A stretch of 64,000 nt of DNA from Klebsormidium nitens (Eukaryota > Plantae > Klebsormidiophyceae): contig DF237366.1 in assembly GCA_000708835.1 (NCBI GenBank), positions 17,838 to 81,837 on the forward strand, in the 5' to 3' direction. Below are positions 15,001-28,974 of this stretch, in pieces (position 1 is the stretch's first letter; each line of letters starts with the position of its first letter). The notes beneath the pieces were generated by a model, which made no database searches, had not been told where the DNA came from, and saw only the letters and a program-made list of their open reading frames with translations. A program made the translations under genes and the position numbers.

Positions 15001-18000
15001 GGAGGTGCACGTGCCCGCCACGCCGACCGCGGAGATGTTGCCGCAGGAGCGGCTGGTCAAGATCGAGGAGATGGACGAGTTTGCGCAGCTGGCCTTTGAA
15101 GGATATACCACGCTCAACCGCATCCAGGTCAGCGTCGTCGTCTGTGTGAACTCGGCCCACTCTTTCATTATCATCATTTCTGAACCTTACAGTGTAGAGT
15201 CAGGGGTGGTTGCACATAAAGACTAGACATTTTTAGTCCCCTGACTTTGGTTTTTGTGAACGGCGTTCCAGACGACCTGGAAAGCTTCGTCGCTCAACAG
15301 AACCCCTTTCGGCCTGCGCTGCTCTCCTAGGCGAGTTCTAATCTGGTCTCTGTTTCTGCTTGACCAGAGCCGCATCTACCGCACGGCATACTTGAGCAAC
15401 GAGAACCTGCTGGTGTGCGCCCCGACGGGCGCGGGCAAGACCAACATCGCCATGATCGCGGTGCTGCACGCGGTGAAGGCGCACATGGTGCACGGCGTGC
15501 TGCAGAGGAAGGACTTTAAGATCGTGTACGTCGCGCCCATGAAGGCGCTGGCGGCTGAAATGACGCGCGCGTTCGGGCACCGCCTGGAGCCGCTCGGGAT
15601 GGTCGTCAAGGAGCTCACCGGCGACATGCAGCTCACCAAGCGCGAGCTGGAGGAGACGCAGGTGCGCCGCCGAAGCCAGCACGCCAGGCGCTGAGCGCGG
15701 GGGAAACAAAGTTTGCCTTGACTTTGCAAAAGGGCAGCATCAGACATCATTAGGTCCTGCCTTCGCGGAGGCTTTGTGTTGTCTGCAAATCCTGGAATGA
15801 TCTGGGCTTCTGAAACTTCGAAGGTGGAACGAGGAGCATTACTCAAACCACTGTCTTCTGCGCAGATGATCGTGACGACGCCCGAGAAGTGGGACGTGAT
15901 CACGCGCAAGAGCAGCGACGTGGCGCTGGCGACGCTGGTGACGCTGCTGATCATCGACGAGGTGCACCTGCTCAACGACGACCGCGGGCCCGTCATCGAA
16001 ACGCTCGTCGCCAGGACGCTGCGCCAGGTCAGCCACCCGCGCCCGCGCCGCACTGCAGCTGCCCCGGCAAAGTTGCCACTCGCCGCTGAAAAGCGTGCAG
16101 TTGGAGCCCGTCTGTTGGAGCATGTTTTCGTCAGCTGCCTTACTCCCACTCGGGGTTACATGAGCCCGTCCCTGGACCCTGTATAAGGAAAAGCAGATTT
16201 GCCTAAGCTCGGGCTACTGACCTGATGTTTGCACTGGGGGTGGGGTGACAGGTGGAGGCGACCCAGAGCATGATCCGCATTGTGGGCCTCTCCGCGACGC
16301 TGCCCAACTACAAGGAGGTCGCGCACTTCCTGCGGGTCAACCTGGACACCGGCCTCTTCTACTTCGACTCCAGCTACCGTCCGGTGAGCAGCCCGGCCGA
16401 CGCAACCCCGTGTGTTCATTACCTGGCCGCTAGTTACCTCGCCGCTAGGAAATGTTGTTGCCTTCAGCACACGCATCTCTCTTGCGCCAGGAATTTTATG
16501 TAGTTTGAAGTATGATAGACATGATCTCGAATTTCAGACGCTCCGTGAACGAACTGCAAGTGCCCGCGTTCTCGAGCCAAACCCATGACGGTTTCCGTTG
16601 CGTCCTCTTCTTCCTTTCTGACCCGCCGACCGCCGTTATTTGTGCAGATTCCGCTCCGGCAGCAGTACATTGGCGTGAGCGAGCAGAACTACGTGACCCG
16701 CAACACGCTGATGAACACCATCTGCTACGAGAAGGTTGTGGGGGCGGTCAAGGACGGCAAGCAGGCCATGGTCTTCGTCCACTCCAGAAAGGTGAAGCAC
16801 CCTGCGCTGCTGGGGACGGCGAGCACAAACGGCGATCCATCCTGAGGAACCAACGGGCCAGTTTTGTGTTGAACGGGTTGTCCTGTCGTGAAGCTAACGC
16901 AAAAGATTTGCAAAGGCGTGCCTTTTTTGCGACCGTAAGCATCAGCCGCAGTTTGGCGAAGCCTTTGATGGCAGCTTCGTCCTCTCCTCTGCCGGCATCG
17001 GACTCTCAACCCTTTCCACCCCCGGCTGACAGGACACGGTGAAGACTGCGCGCATCTTGGTGGAGCTGGCGGCGCAGCGCGGGGACGTGAGCCTGTTCGA
17101 GCCGGAGGCGACGGAGCAGGCGGGGCTGTGGAAGAAGGAGGTGGCCAAGTCGCGCGCGCGCGAGATTTCGGAGCTCTTCGCGTCCGGCTTTGGCACGCAC
17201 CACGCCGGCATGCTGCGCTCCGACCGCAACCTCACCGAGAAGCTCTTCAGCATGGGCCTCCTCAAGGTGGGCGCGCGGCATGACCGCGAACGGCCTTTCT
17301 CGGAGGACTACTTCGCGTTAACTATCTTAGAAAGTCACAAAGCTGGGTCGAGAAGGGGATTAAAGCCTTCAACGCTGTTTGGCTGAGCTCCTTGCTGGGG
17401 TTGGCTTCTTCCTGACCAGAAACTCTTTCACCACAAACCCTCTCAAAGGAGGGTCGACCGTTCATAGGATAGAGAATGGGACTGCTGTCCTGTGTTGTTT
17501 GTCTCAGCCGCCGTGGGTGCGGTTCTCGGTGCAGGTGCTGGTGTGCACGGCGACGCTGGCGTGGGGCGTGAACCTGCCGGCGCACATGGTGGTCATCAAG
17601 GGCACGCAGCTGTACGAGCCCAAGGCCGGCGGCTTCCGCGAGCTCTCCATGCTCGACGTCATGCAGGTGACCGCACGCTGCCACTCGCAGCTCGACATGA
17701 CGCCGTCTGTGCGCTAAAAACAAAGGGAGAGCTGGAATCTATCACGAGATTGAGACTGAGAGTGCAAGTGCGGCTAAAGCCTGCTCAGGCATCAACGCAA
17801 GAGGCTTTTGCTGTAAAACTCGCTTGCGCGTTAAGCTTTATGAATCTCAGTCGCTTCGCCCCCATTCTCGTTTCTCATGTTGCGCATCGGTTGCTCTGTA
17901 CATGCGCATCTAGGCATTTGTAATCAGGCTTTTTGAAGGCTGCAACTCCTGACCTGAGCAGGTCTACCTTTATATCAGCTCAGCTTCTTGCTTCTGCATC

Positions 18001-21000
18001 CCGACGTGCAGATTTTTGGGCGTGCGGGCCGCCCCCAGTTCGACACGAGCGGCGAGGGCATCATCATCACGACGCACGACAAGCTGGCGCACTACCTGCG
18101 GCTGATGACGCACCAGCTGCCCATCGAGAGCCAGTTCATCGCGTCGCTGCGGGACAATCTGAACGCGGAGGTGGTTCTCGGCACCGTGACCAACATCAAG
18201 GAGGCCATCACCTGGCTCTCCTATACCTACCTCTCCGTGCGAATGCGCATGTGAGCCCCGACCCGCCCCCACTCGGCTCTTTGCTCCTGTTCAAGGTCTC
18301 CTGACCCAAGTCTTTGTGACAGTTTGCTCTGGTCAGGCTCAATTCTTGCTTGGGAAGGTTGACTTTGCCGAAAGCCTGCCCAGCACGAATGCGGTTGCTA
18401 ACACGGAAGCTTATCTTGTGCTGTCTTGGGTCTCCACGGCAGGGTTTTCAGCCGGCATAAAAGGCCGATGACCAAAACTTTGTATTTGGAGGAGTCTTTG
18501 ACGGGACGGGTTTGTGAAGCGGCGCTTCTTGGATTATACTACTTGAGTATGTTGGGCGTCCACTTCGAGGGTTTTTACCCCACTCACGTGGCTGACGAGC
18601 GGTCGCTTGGTGTGTGCGCGCAGCAACCCGCTGCAGTACGGCCTGACGTGGGAGCAGGTGGCGGTGGACCCGTACTTGGCGAGCCACAAGAAGGAGCTGC
18701 TGACCAACGCGGCGCGCGACCTGAACGCGGCGCAGATGCTGCGCTTCGACGAGCGCACGGGCAACCTGTACGTGTCGGAGCTGGGCCGCGTGGCCAGCCA
18801 CTTCTACCTGCAGTACACCAGCGTGCAGACCTACAACGAGCTGCTCAAGAAACACATGAGCGACTCCGAGGTGCGCCGCACGCCAGCACGACATGCGAGC
18901 TTGCGAAACCTGGCCTTTAGCATAATCTGTCCGCTTGTCCGTTCGTGCTCTGCGGCATTAGTAGAATTTAGTCAGATGCTAACATACGAAGAGATACGTC
19001 TATTGGTGACAGCCACAGTCCGCATGGCTTAGTATCGAGCTCTCTGCGGGGAGTTATGGGTTTTTAAACCGACTTGATAGAGCTAACTTCAGTTTTGGCT
19101 GGTGAGTTGCAAGTGTTCTCCTTTGGGGCCTTGTGCCGCCGCTGCTGACGCGCACGGGTGTGGGTTGTAGCTGGTGTACATGGTGGCGCGCTCTTCCGAG
19201 TTTTCGAGCATCGTGGTGCGCGAGGAGGAGCAGCCCGAGCTGGAGACGCTCATGCGCAAGCAGTGCCCGCTGCACGTGCGCGGCGGCGCCGAGGACAAGC
19301 ACGGCAAGATCAACATCCTCATCCAGGCAAGCGGCGCGGCCCCCCCCTCTGTGCGCGAGGCGGCCCCTTGCTGTAAAGAAACGCAGCTCGCGGCTTATTG
19401 CACTGTGAACCGCCAACGACAGTCACTTGTGTGCGTCTCTACAATTTGTATGCCTATTCGTAGACGTTGAGAACAAAGGGCTATTACTGGCGACCTCTGC
19501 CCTTCCGCGGGTGTTTGCTTTCAGCAGTTTCCTAACGGCTGGTTGTTTGTGGTGGCAGGCCTTCATTGGGCGCGCGCGGCTGGAGAGCTTCTCGCTGGTG
19601 GCGGACAGCGCGTACATCAGCCAGAGCATCGGGCGCATCACACGCGCGCTGTTCGAGATCTGCCTCAAGAAGAGCTGGTGCACCCTGGCATACCTCCTGC
19701 TGCAGTACGCCAAGGTCAGCGCCGCGCGCCGTGCACCGCCCACGATTCTTTTGTCTATTTGGAGAACTTTGCGCAGGGCACATCAGGGGTCATCTGGAGT
19801 GGCTATCCTGGAGCTGGCAGGGAGTCATTGTGAGGTCCCGCAAGTATTGCCTACGGGGTTTACTCGCTTTTTGATCTGCTGTAAGCTTCAGAGGTAGTAA
19901 GATCCGGAGTTCTCGGTATACGCAGGCGGTGGAGCGGCGGCTGTGGCCGCACCAGCACCCGATGCGGCAGTTCGAGACAGTGCTGTCGCCGGAGGTGATG
20001 AGCAAGCTGGAGGAGCGCGCGCCCGACTTCGAGCAGCTCTACTTCGAGATGGACCAAAAGGAGGTCGCCGAGCGGATCCGCAACCCGCACGGGGCCAAGG
20101 CAAGCAACTTCCGACGCTTCTCGCTGCTTCCATATGCACCGTTTTGCTTCTGAGCAATCTTTGACGGTGGGGAACCACTCACCGATATTGACGCCTGAGC
20201 GATGTGGCGTTCGTATGCTAACCTCGTAAAGTCGTCGGTTCCGCTGGCAGCGGCCTGAGCGGGTTTGTCTTTCCTGGTGCGCAGCTGGTGATGCAGGCGC
20301 TGCGCAACTTCCCGCACTTGGAGCTGGACGCGAGCGTGAGCCCCATCACGCGCAACGTGCTGCGGGTCACGCTGCGCCTCTCCCCGCACTTCGAGTGGAA
20401 GGACCGCCTGCACGGCACCGTTGAGCGGTGGTGGATCTGGGTCGAGGTCAGCGCGCAGCCGCCACTCAACCTGCAGCAGTCTGAAGAGCGCCAGTAGCTG
20501 ATCGTTCTGGCCTCTAATGCTGCTTTTTCCATCTTGTTTATCGTCCTATTTTTTGTCCCCAGCCCAATTTTCTTTTTACTGTTTCCGCTGACCTTTGCGC
20601 ACCAACTCGCTGTTGGCTCTCCCGCTTCACTGCAGCCCGGCTTAGGCTTTCCTCTTCCGGATGTGCAGGACTCGGAGAACGAGCACTTGTACCACACGGA
20701 GTACTTTTTGCTGACCAAGAAGATGATGGCGGAGACGACGCACGCGATCAGCTTCACGATCCCCATCTTCGAGCCGCTCCCCCCGCAGTACTACATCCGC
20801 GTCATCTCCGACACGTGGCTCGGCGCGGAGACGGTGCACGAGGTGTCGTTCAAGGGGCTCATCCTGCCGGACCAGCACCCCCCTCACACCGACCTCCTCG
20901 ACTTGCGGCCCCTGCCGCTCGCCGCGCTGCGCAACGCGCAGTACGAGGCGCTGTACCGGTTTACCCACTTCAACCCCATCCAGACGCAGGCGTTCCACAC

Positions 21001-24000
21001 GCTGTACCATAGCGACGCGAACGTGCTCCTGGGTGCGCCCACCGGCAGTGGCAAGACCATCTCCGCGGAGCTGGCCATGCTGCGCCTCTTCGCCGCGCAC
21101 CCCGGCAGCAAGGTGATCTACATCGCGCCGCTCAAGGCGCTGGTGCGCGAGCGCATCGACGACTGGCGGCGCAACCTGGTCCCCGCGCTGCGCAAGAGCA
21201 TGGTCGAGCTCACCGGCGACTTCACGCCCGACATGCGCGCGCTGCTGGCCGCCGACATCATCATCTGCACGCCCGAGAAGTGGGACGGCATCAGCCGCAA
21301 CTGGCAAAACCGCAGGTGGGGGACTGTTCCTGTTGAGAACGTTCCTCGGCTGCTGACTGTGCGGGATCTTGATTGACACAGCCTGAATGGAAGTTCCTAA
21401 AGCAGGGCAGTACTTCCCCAGGTTAAGCTGGTGCGAAATTCTGGATCACGGGTCTTTGGTTGGGCTGTGCAAGAGCTTGCCGACTGCCCAAAGCGAAAAG
21501 GGGTATGCTGACGCCTTCGCACGCTTCTGCAGCTACGTCCAGAAGGTGGGCCTGATCGTGATCGACGAGATCCACTTGCTGGGCGCGGACCGCGGGCCCA
21601 TCCTGGAGGTGATCGTGTCGCGCATGCGGTACGTGAGCAGCCAGACGGGCGCGCCCATCCGGTTCGTGGGCCTCTCCACCGCGCTCGCCAACGCGCGCGA
21701 CCTCGCGGACTGGCTCGGCATCGAGGAGCGCGGGCTGTTCAACTTCAAGCCCAGCGTGCGGCCCGTCCCGCTCGACGTTCACGTCCAGGTACGGCCACGC
21801 GCATGAGGCAACGTACACGGCCACGCCCGACGCCTGCGCGCGAGTTCACATAGTCGCCTTTTCGGGTCAGAAAGTTGCATTTATTTTGTGGCGTTTGAAT
21901 TATGATATGAGTGGCTCGGCGTCTCTCCAGGAGCTGCTGTCAAAGTTTGACAGGGGACTCACTGGTCCGCGGCGGCTGCTCCTCGCAGGGGTACCCCGGC
22001 AAGTTTTATTGCCCGCGCATGATGAGCATGAACAAGCCGACGTACGCGGCCATCAACCAGTACTCGCCCTCCAAGCCCGTGCTCGTCTTCGTCTCGTCGC
22101 GCCGCCAGACCAGGCTCACTGCGCTGGACCTTATTCAGGTGAACAACTTCGGTGCACGAATTCCCATGCAACTCAGGCGCAGGGCCCTTGCTGAACGAGA
22201 AGTAACATCCGGCAGGAGTTTCTTGTCACGTTGTGTCTTAGGTGCGCTTGCTGGTACTTGTTACAGCGGCAGTCAGCAAAATGAGACGTGCGCAGGCCTG
22301 CTTTGAACACTAATTTTTGCAGCCGGTTTTCTTCGTTTTTGTTCTGCCAAGAAGTAACATCGCCGACATGACGTCACGACCAGTCAAGGCCGTTCAAGGA
22401 ATTCAAGCAGCGGTGTGATGTCCGTGTGTGCAGTTTGCTGCTGGCGACGAGCGGCCGCGGCAGTTCGTGAACATGGCGCAGGAGGAGGTGGAGGCGGTGG
22501 TGGAGCAGGTCAAGGACGGCAGCCTGAAGCACACGCTGCAGTTCGGCATCGGGATGCACCACGCCGGCCTCAACGAGCGGGACCGAACGCTCGTCGAGGA
22601 ACTGTTCGTCAACAACAAAATCCAGGTGCCCCTCACAACAACAGCTCCCGCAATTGGATCCGGGAAGCGTATCTAAGTTCTCATCTTTCTACGTCTTTGC
22701 GAAGGAGAGGTTATCCAGCATCTTGAGGTTTACGAGTTGGCAAACGCACACCAATTTACTGGAGGGGTGAAAGCAGCCGGGGTCATATTGCGCTGCGTCC
22801 TTGCGTGAGATGCGCGGCATGCCATCCGCAGATCCTGGTGTGCACGAGCACGCTGGCGTGGGGCGTCAACTTCCCGGCGCACCTGGTGGTGGTGAAGGGC
22901 ACGGAGTACTACGACGGCAAGAGCAAGCGGTACGTGGACTTCCCCATCACGGACGTCCTCCAGATGATGGGCCGCGCGGGGCGGCCGCAGTTCGACGACC
23001 ACGGCGTGGCCGTCATCATGGTGCACGAGCCCAAAAAGAGCTTCATCAAAAAAGTGAGCGGCCGCGGCCGGATGTGAAGAGCACGGAATCTGTCTCTCTT
23101 TCGGGCTGGAGAAGAACCTCGGCCGTTGGTCCAGCCACTAGGTCCCTTTTGGAACCGCATCGTCTGCTTCTGCTGGTTGTTGCATCACCAGAAACCAGCT
23201 GCACCTTGAGCGCATCGTAGGGGCCGCTGTGGCGGGCTGTGCTTAGGTCAATCTGCACAATGTGCAGTTCATGTACGACCCGTTCCCGGTGGAGAGCAGC
23301 CTGCCGGACGTGCTGCCGGACCACGTGAACGCGGAGGTGGTGGCGGGCACCATCGGCAGCACGCAGGACGCCGTCGACTACCTCACCTGGACCTTCTTCT
23401 ACCGCCGCCTCGTGAGCGCTCGGCCTCGCATCTGGCCATGTTCGTATAGTGCAAACATTCCATGCTCTAAACTTTGTGCTCCTGATTCTCCTGGGGCGCG
23501 GAAATAAGTGTCCTGTTAGACCCTTCTTCCTGAGGACCTTTATCGAGATCTCTGAATCCCGCTGGTGACTTGGCGGCTGAATTTTGGAGCAGGTACCTGG
23601 ACAATCAGCCGTTGATCTGACCGTTGGCACTGCGCTTGGCCAGGTGATGAACCCGAGCTACTACGGCCTGGCCGAGACGAGCGCGGACGCCATCAACGCG
23701 TTCCTGTCGGGCCTGGTGGGCACGACGCTGGGCGTGCTGGCCGACGCGGGGTGCGTGCGGGTGGAGGCCGACGGCAGCGTGGAGCCGCTCATGGCGGGCC
23801 GCATCGCGTCCTTCTACTACCTGCACTACGCCACCATGACGCTCTTCAGCGCAGCCATCCGCGCGGACACCCTGCACCAGGTCAGCGCGGGGCGCGGCCA
23901 GCAGCCAGCGCAAGCTGTGCGCACTTCTGGCTCGCCGCTGGCTCTGCGCATGAGTATTCACGTGGACAGCCGTGCTTGGCCGCCAGATATCTGTTTTTCG

Positions 24001-26283
24001 TCACTTCATGTCACATTCGAGGTGGCGATCATTGTTGCATTTCTCAGCGATACCACTTCGTTGACCGGCTTACGTTCTGGTGACCGGATAGAGACCGCAC
24101 CGTGCGTTCCGGCCGCTGACTGTGCCTGCCGTTTTGCTGTTTGCAGGAGGTGCTGCGCATTTTGTGCGGTGCGTCCGAGTACGACGAGCTGCCGGTGCGG
24201 CACAACGAGGACAAACTGAATGCGGAGCTGGCGGGCGTGGTGCGCTGGCCCGTGGACGCGCGCGCCCTGGATGACCCGCACATCAAGGCCAACCTGCTGC
24301 TGCAGGTGACACCCGCGGGGCCTGTCGCACAGCATGACCATGCCCCTCGCTGCTGGCCCGCTGGGGATTGGAGATGCCGGGTCGGGACGGGGGGCCCTAT
24401 GACCATTCGTCTGTTTTGCAATCGAGCACCGAGTCGGTCTGGCCTTTGGCGGTTTGCGAGGCTCTCTCGGTTCCTTCCTAGGTGTCCGCTCGAGTCTCAT
24501 CAGTGGAGCGTCGTGCGTTGCTGCGCAGGCGCACTTTTCGCGGCTGGCGCTGCCGGTGTCGGACTACATCACGGACACCAAGTCGGTGCTGGACCAGAGC
24601 ATCCGCATCCTGCAGGCCATGGTCGACATCGCCGCGCACGGCGGCTGGCTCGCCACCACGCTCCACGTCATGCACACCCTGCAAATGGTGCTCCAGGTCA
24701 GGCGCCGCACCGCATGCAGGCCGGCGTGCTCCGGCGGGGGTAGCCGCAAAGTCCTGTCCTTCTCAGAAAACGATTCGAGGGGGAATAAGCCGGGGGCCAT
24801 CGTTTAGCCTGCGCTCTTTGATGTCCAGAGTCGTAGGCTGAGCACCACGTAGTGTCCCGCTCTCCGCCAACAAGCCGTTGCCTCGTAAGGGACCAGTATT
24901 TCGCTCTTGGCCCCTTCTATCTTAAAGCGCCGCTTGAAGAGACAAAAGAAGTTACTTGTTACTTTTTGTTTCCTGACCCAGTCGCTCCCCGTTGCAGGGC
25001 GCTTGGCACGACGAGTCCGCGCTGCTTTTCCTGCCCCACGTGACTGCTGACGTCGTCCAGCTGCTGGCTGCGCGCGGCATCCGCGGCCTGCCCCAGCTCA
25101 TGGCGCTCTCCGCGGACCGGATCCGCGACTGGCTGCGCGCCCTGCTCACCCCGCCCGAGATCAGCGACCTCCTGCAGGTAGGCGCCCGCAGCAGTGCCGC
25201 CGTTTGTTTGCCAGACCGGGACAAAAGTATCCCGCGTGGCTATGGCCCTGCTACACGTGACTCAGCTTTTGATGATCTGGAAGTCCCCAACCCCAAATTC
25301 AGAACATTGGACGGCGGCGCCAAGAGCACCCGTTGCTTCGTTGGTCACCCCGGCTGCTACGACGTGTCCCTAAGAGCTCCGCTCCCGTGAGCTTTGCCTT
25401 TCGCACGCCCGCCCACCACGGCTTGCAACGCACCTGCTTGTTTCCCCACCCCCTCTCACGCCGTCCCTCGTCGCTGCGTCCTCAGGCTTTGGCGCGCCTC
25501 CCTCGGGTCAGCGTCCAGTGCGCCCTGAAGCCAGCCTCGGGCGACAGCCAGCAGGTGGAGGTGCACCTGACGCGGCGGCGGGTCGGCCCTGGGCGGCCCG
25601 GGTCGGCCAAGGGGTGCCGCGCATACGCGCCCCGCTTCCCCAAGGTCAAGGAGGAGGGCTGGTGGCTTGTGGTGGGCACACCCCACACGCACGAGCTGCA
25701 CGCGCTGAAGCGGGTCACGCTCGCCGACAGGCTCACCACGCGACTCACCATCCCCCGCCTTCCCTCCGACTCACACCAGGTGCGCGAATCGAGGCTAATG
25801 CAGGGTGGCACTATCGTCGTGTCTGCTTGCGGTGCAGGCAACGGCAGGTGATAGTTTCAAATCGTGGTCCGGTTGCTGTGCTTGTCACTTCCGGCTCCTA
25901 GTCGAGACGCTTCCTAGTGATGGGCCTGGCTGCCCTGGTTCCCTGGCGGCCCTGTGACGACTTTGCCCGTGTCGAATGCGCAGGAGCTGCGGCTGCACCT
26001 GGTGTCGGACTGCTACCTGGGCCTCGACCAGGAGCACGGCCTGCACCAGCCAGCAGACGCCGCGGAAGGGCCCTCCACGTCTGCGCAAGGCGCCGCCAGG
26101 AGCCGCAACGGGCAAGTCAGTGCCACAGGGCCAGCCACAAGTACCAACGGCGATGGGGAAAGCAGAAGACATGACAGTAAGGGGTCTGCCACAGGCTGGG
26201 CGATGCCCCACGTTGATGGCCGGGGGAAGGATGAGGAGGATGACGACGCTGAGGAAACCTTCTTTGATGCTTCCGAGGACTGA
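12083..26283 (+). CDS. ASCC3: ASCC3/Slh1-type tandem Ski2-like helicase with Sec63 domains (plant DExH14); about 30 exons, two GC-AG introns
   Basis: Two helicase cassettes: [30 protein letters not shown] and [29 protein letters not shown]. The N-terminal VPRLTT...PFDV and the C-terminal [18 protein letters not shown]...LVSDCYLG match DExH14/ASCC3 rather than BRR2. The start exon [12 protein letters not shown] (12083-12118) is inferred from splice phase. Confidence 0.95.
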
Positions 26284-27858
26284 GGTGGCGGGGGGACTGA
26301 AGGTGCCTGTTTTCAGTGCAGCTGACCCAAGAAAGGGTATGCTGCAACCACCATCGCAACCTAACTCCGGTTGGAGAAGGTCAAATAACCAGTTGACGCG
26401 CCAAAGGACTCCCTCCTTCGGGAATGATCTTTCAAAAGCATCGGTCATTTAAAAAAATCCTCTGTATTTACTCTCGCCTCGAGTGATTGAGCATGAGTGA
26501 ATTTCAATGAACATGAATGCACGAGATGTTCGCGTCCAGGTTCTTCTGCATTGGCCTGAGCATGTACATTTGGGCTCCTCAAAATAGAGCCAATAGTGCG
26601 TCTGTTGCATTTTGACGCGTATGATGCAGTCTGACACACGAGACCAATGTGCATATAGGATTCTAAGCGGGTTAACATACGCCGAGGCACTTCGATCATA
26701 CTTACACATGTCTAATGTCTGAACGCGGTGAAAACAAAGTATGATCTCACTTCGCTGAGCTCTTGAGTAGGTAGTTGCTTTCACTGTGTTGGTGAGCACG
26801 TCCTGGCGGCCAACACGTGGCCACCACATGCACTTGTTTTGCAATGGCAGCCGCCGGATCATGCATATGGCTGCCTATTGCGCAATTTTCTTTTATGGTC
26901 ATTGAAGATTTCTTGAGCATGCCCTCAAATCTAGTATGTTGCACACTGACTTTTGGATGGTTCTAACTCCTAACTAAATGCATAGCGGCCGCTGCAAGGC
27001 CAATTTTGCGCAAAAGCTGCAGCACTTATATATTCGAGCCGCAATAATAGGATCAATGCACATGATTGCTAGTCGGATCTGCGCTAAGGCTCCTCGTGCC
27101 AGCCGTGTGCCAGCCATTGTATATACGTCGCGATCTTTGATTACATGAAGCTCCAAAAGACGACGGACTCAATGTTTGCCGCCAGAATGCTGGATAGGCC
27201 GCGTCTGGCAACATCAAGTCGACCGAGGGTACGTGTTCTTTTTCAAACATCGAATCAGCTAGCAACTTCAATATGCGTTTGTTTGTGGGCACGCGGGCTT
27301 GTGAAAACGTGAACATGAAGGATCGTTTGCACCAAGCTCCGAATACCAGGACTCAAGAGCCCCACTGAGTGCCCCGTACGCGCACGTACCTGCGACATGT
27401 GCAGCGATCGGCTGCGGCAGTTGGGCAGGCCAGCACTGCAGTCACTGCGGCCGGCCTTGCGCGGCCGGCTCTCATTTTCGCCAGAACTTCTGGGCCAATC
27501 AGCGAGCTCTATTTGCCTTCTCAAGTTGGACATCTGAAACGTCGATTCCAGTCGATTGTGTTTGCTTTAGACGGTCAGGATAAGGTCTGCACGCGCGGGC
27601 CGATCACCATGCGAATTCAAATACAAATTTTGCGTTGTCGAACCGTCGAATTCCTTCTAGGCTGAATTCCATCTAAATCTGATACACGGCCTCCGACGCC
27701 GGAACTTGAGGTTGGAGTGGGTTGGACTGCTGGGATCTGCAGTCTGGACTCTGCAAGGAACTCTGCTGCAGAGTCCAGATAGTACCGGTAGCTCGGACTG
27801 CCTATAAATCAATCTTTCGCAGCTCATTCCAGCATCAGCTCCAAAGTTCCTCCTTTGA

Positions 27859-28922
<1,064 letters not shown>

Positions 28923-28947
28923 GCGCAAAGCACTCTCACTTGACCAA

Positions 28948-28974
28948 CCAAACTGGTGTTTTCTAACACCACCC
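28948..28974 (+). other. Histone-type 3' stem-loop: CCAAACT-GGTGTT-TTCT-AACACC-ACCC
   Basis: A 6-bp GG...CC stem (28955-28960 / 28965-28970) with a 4-nt loop starts 32 nt after the H3 stop. It has CCAAA just upstream and ACCC downstream, which is the geometry of the SLBP-binding histone stem-loop. Confidence 0.65.

Noticed and set aside
15661-25800. Introner-like repeated introns (many begin GTSMGCGC...)
   Set aside because: Similarity is confined to the first 10-25 nt and looks like donor context plus GC bias. I saw no shared intron bodies.
13567-25900. Many long antisense and alternative-frame ORFs over ASCC3 (e.g. 20642-21379, 14483-15160), and likewise over COG3, RIK and the ABCA genes
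   Set aside because: They are shadows of GC-rich coding exons with few stops in other frames, and show no family motifs.
12083-26283. Calling the helicase BRR2/SNRNP200
   Set aside because: The N-terminal PRLT/PFD segment, the RPVPL..QYIG and [11 protein letters not shown] motifs and the C-terminal YAPRFPK.K.EGWWLV fit ASCC3/DExH14 better.
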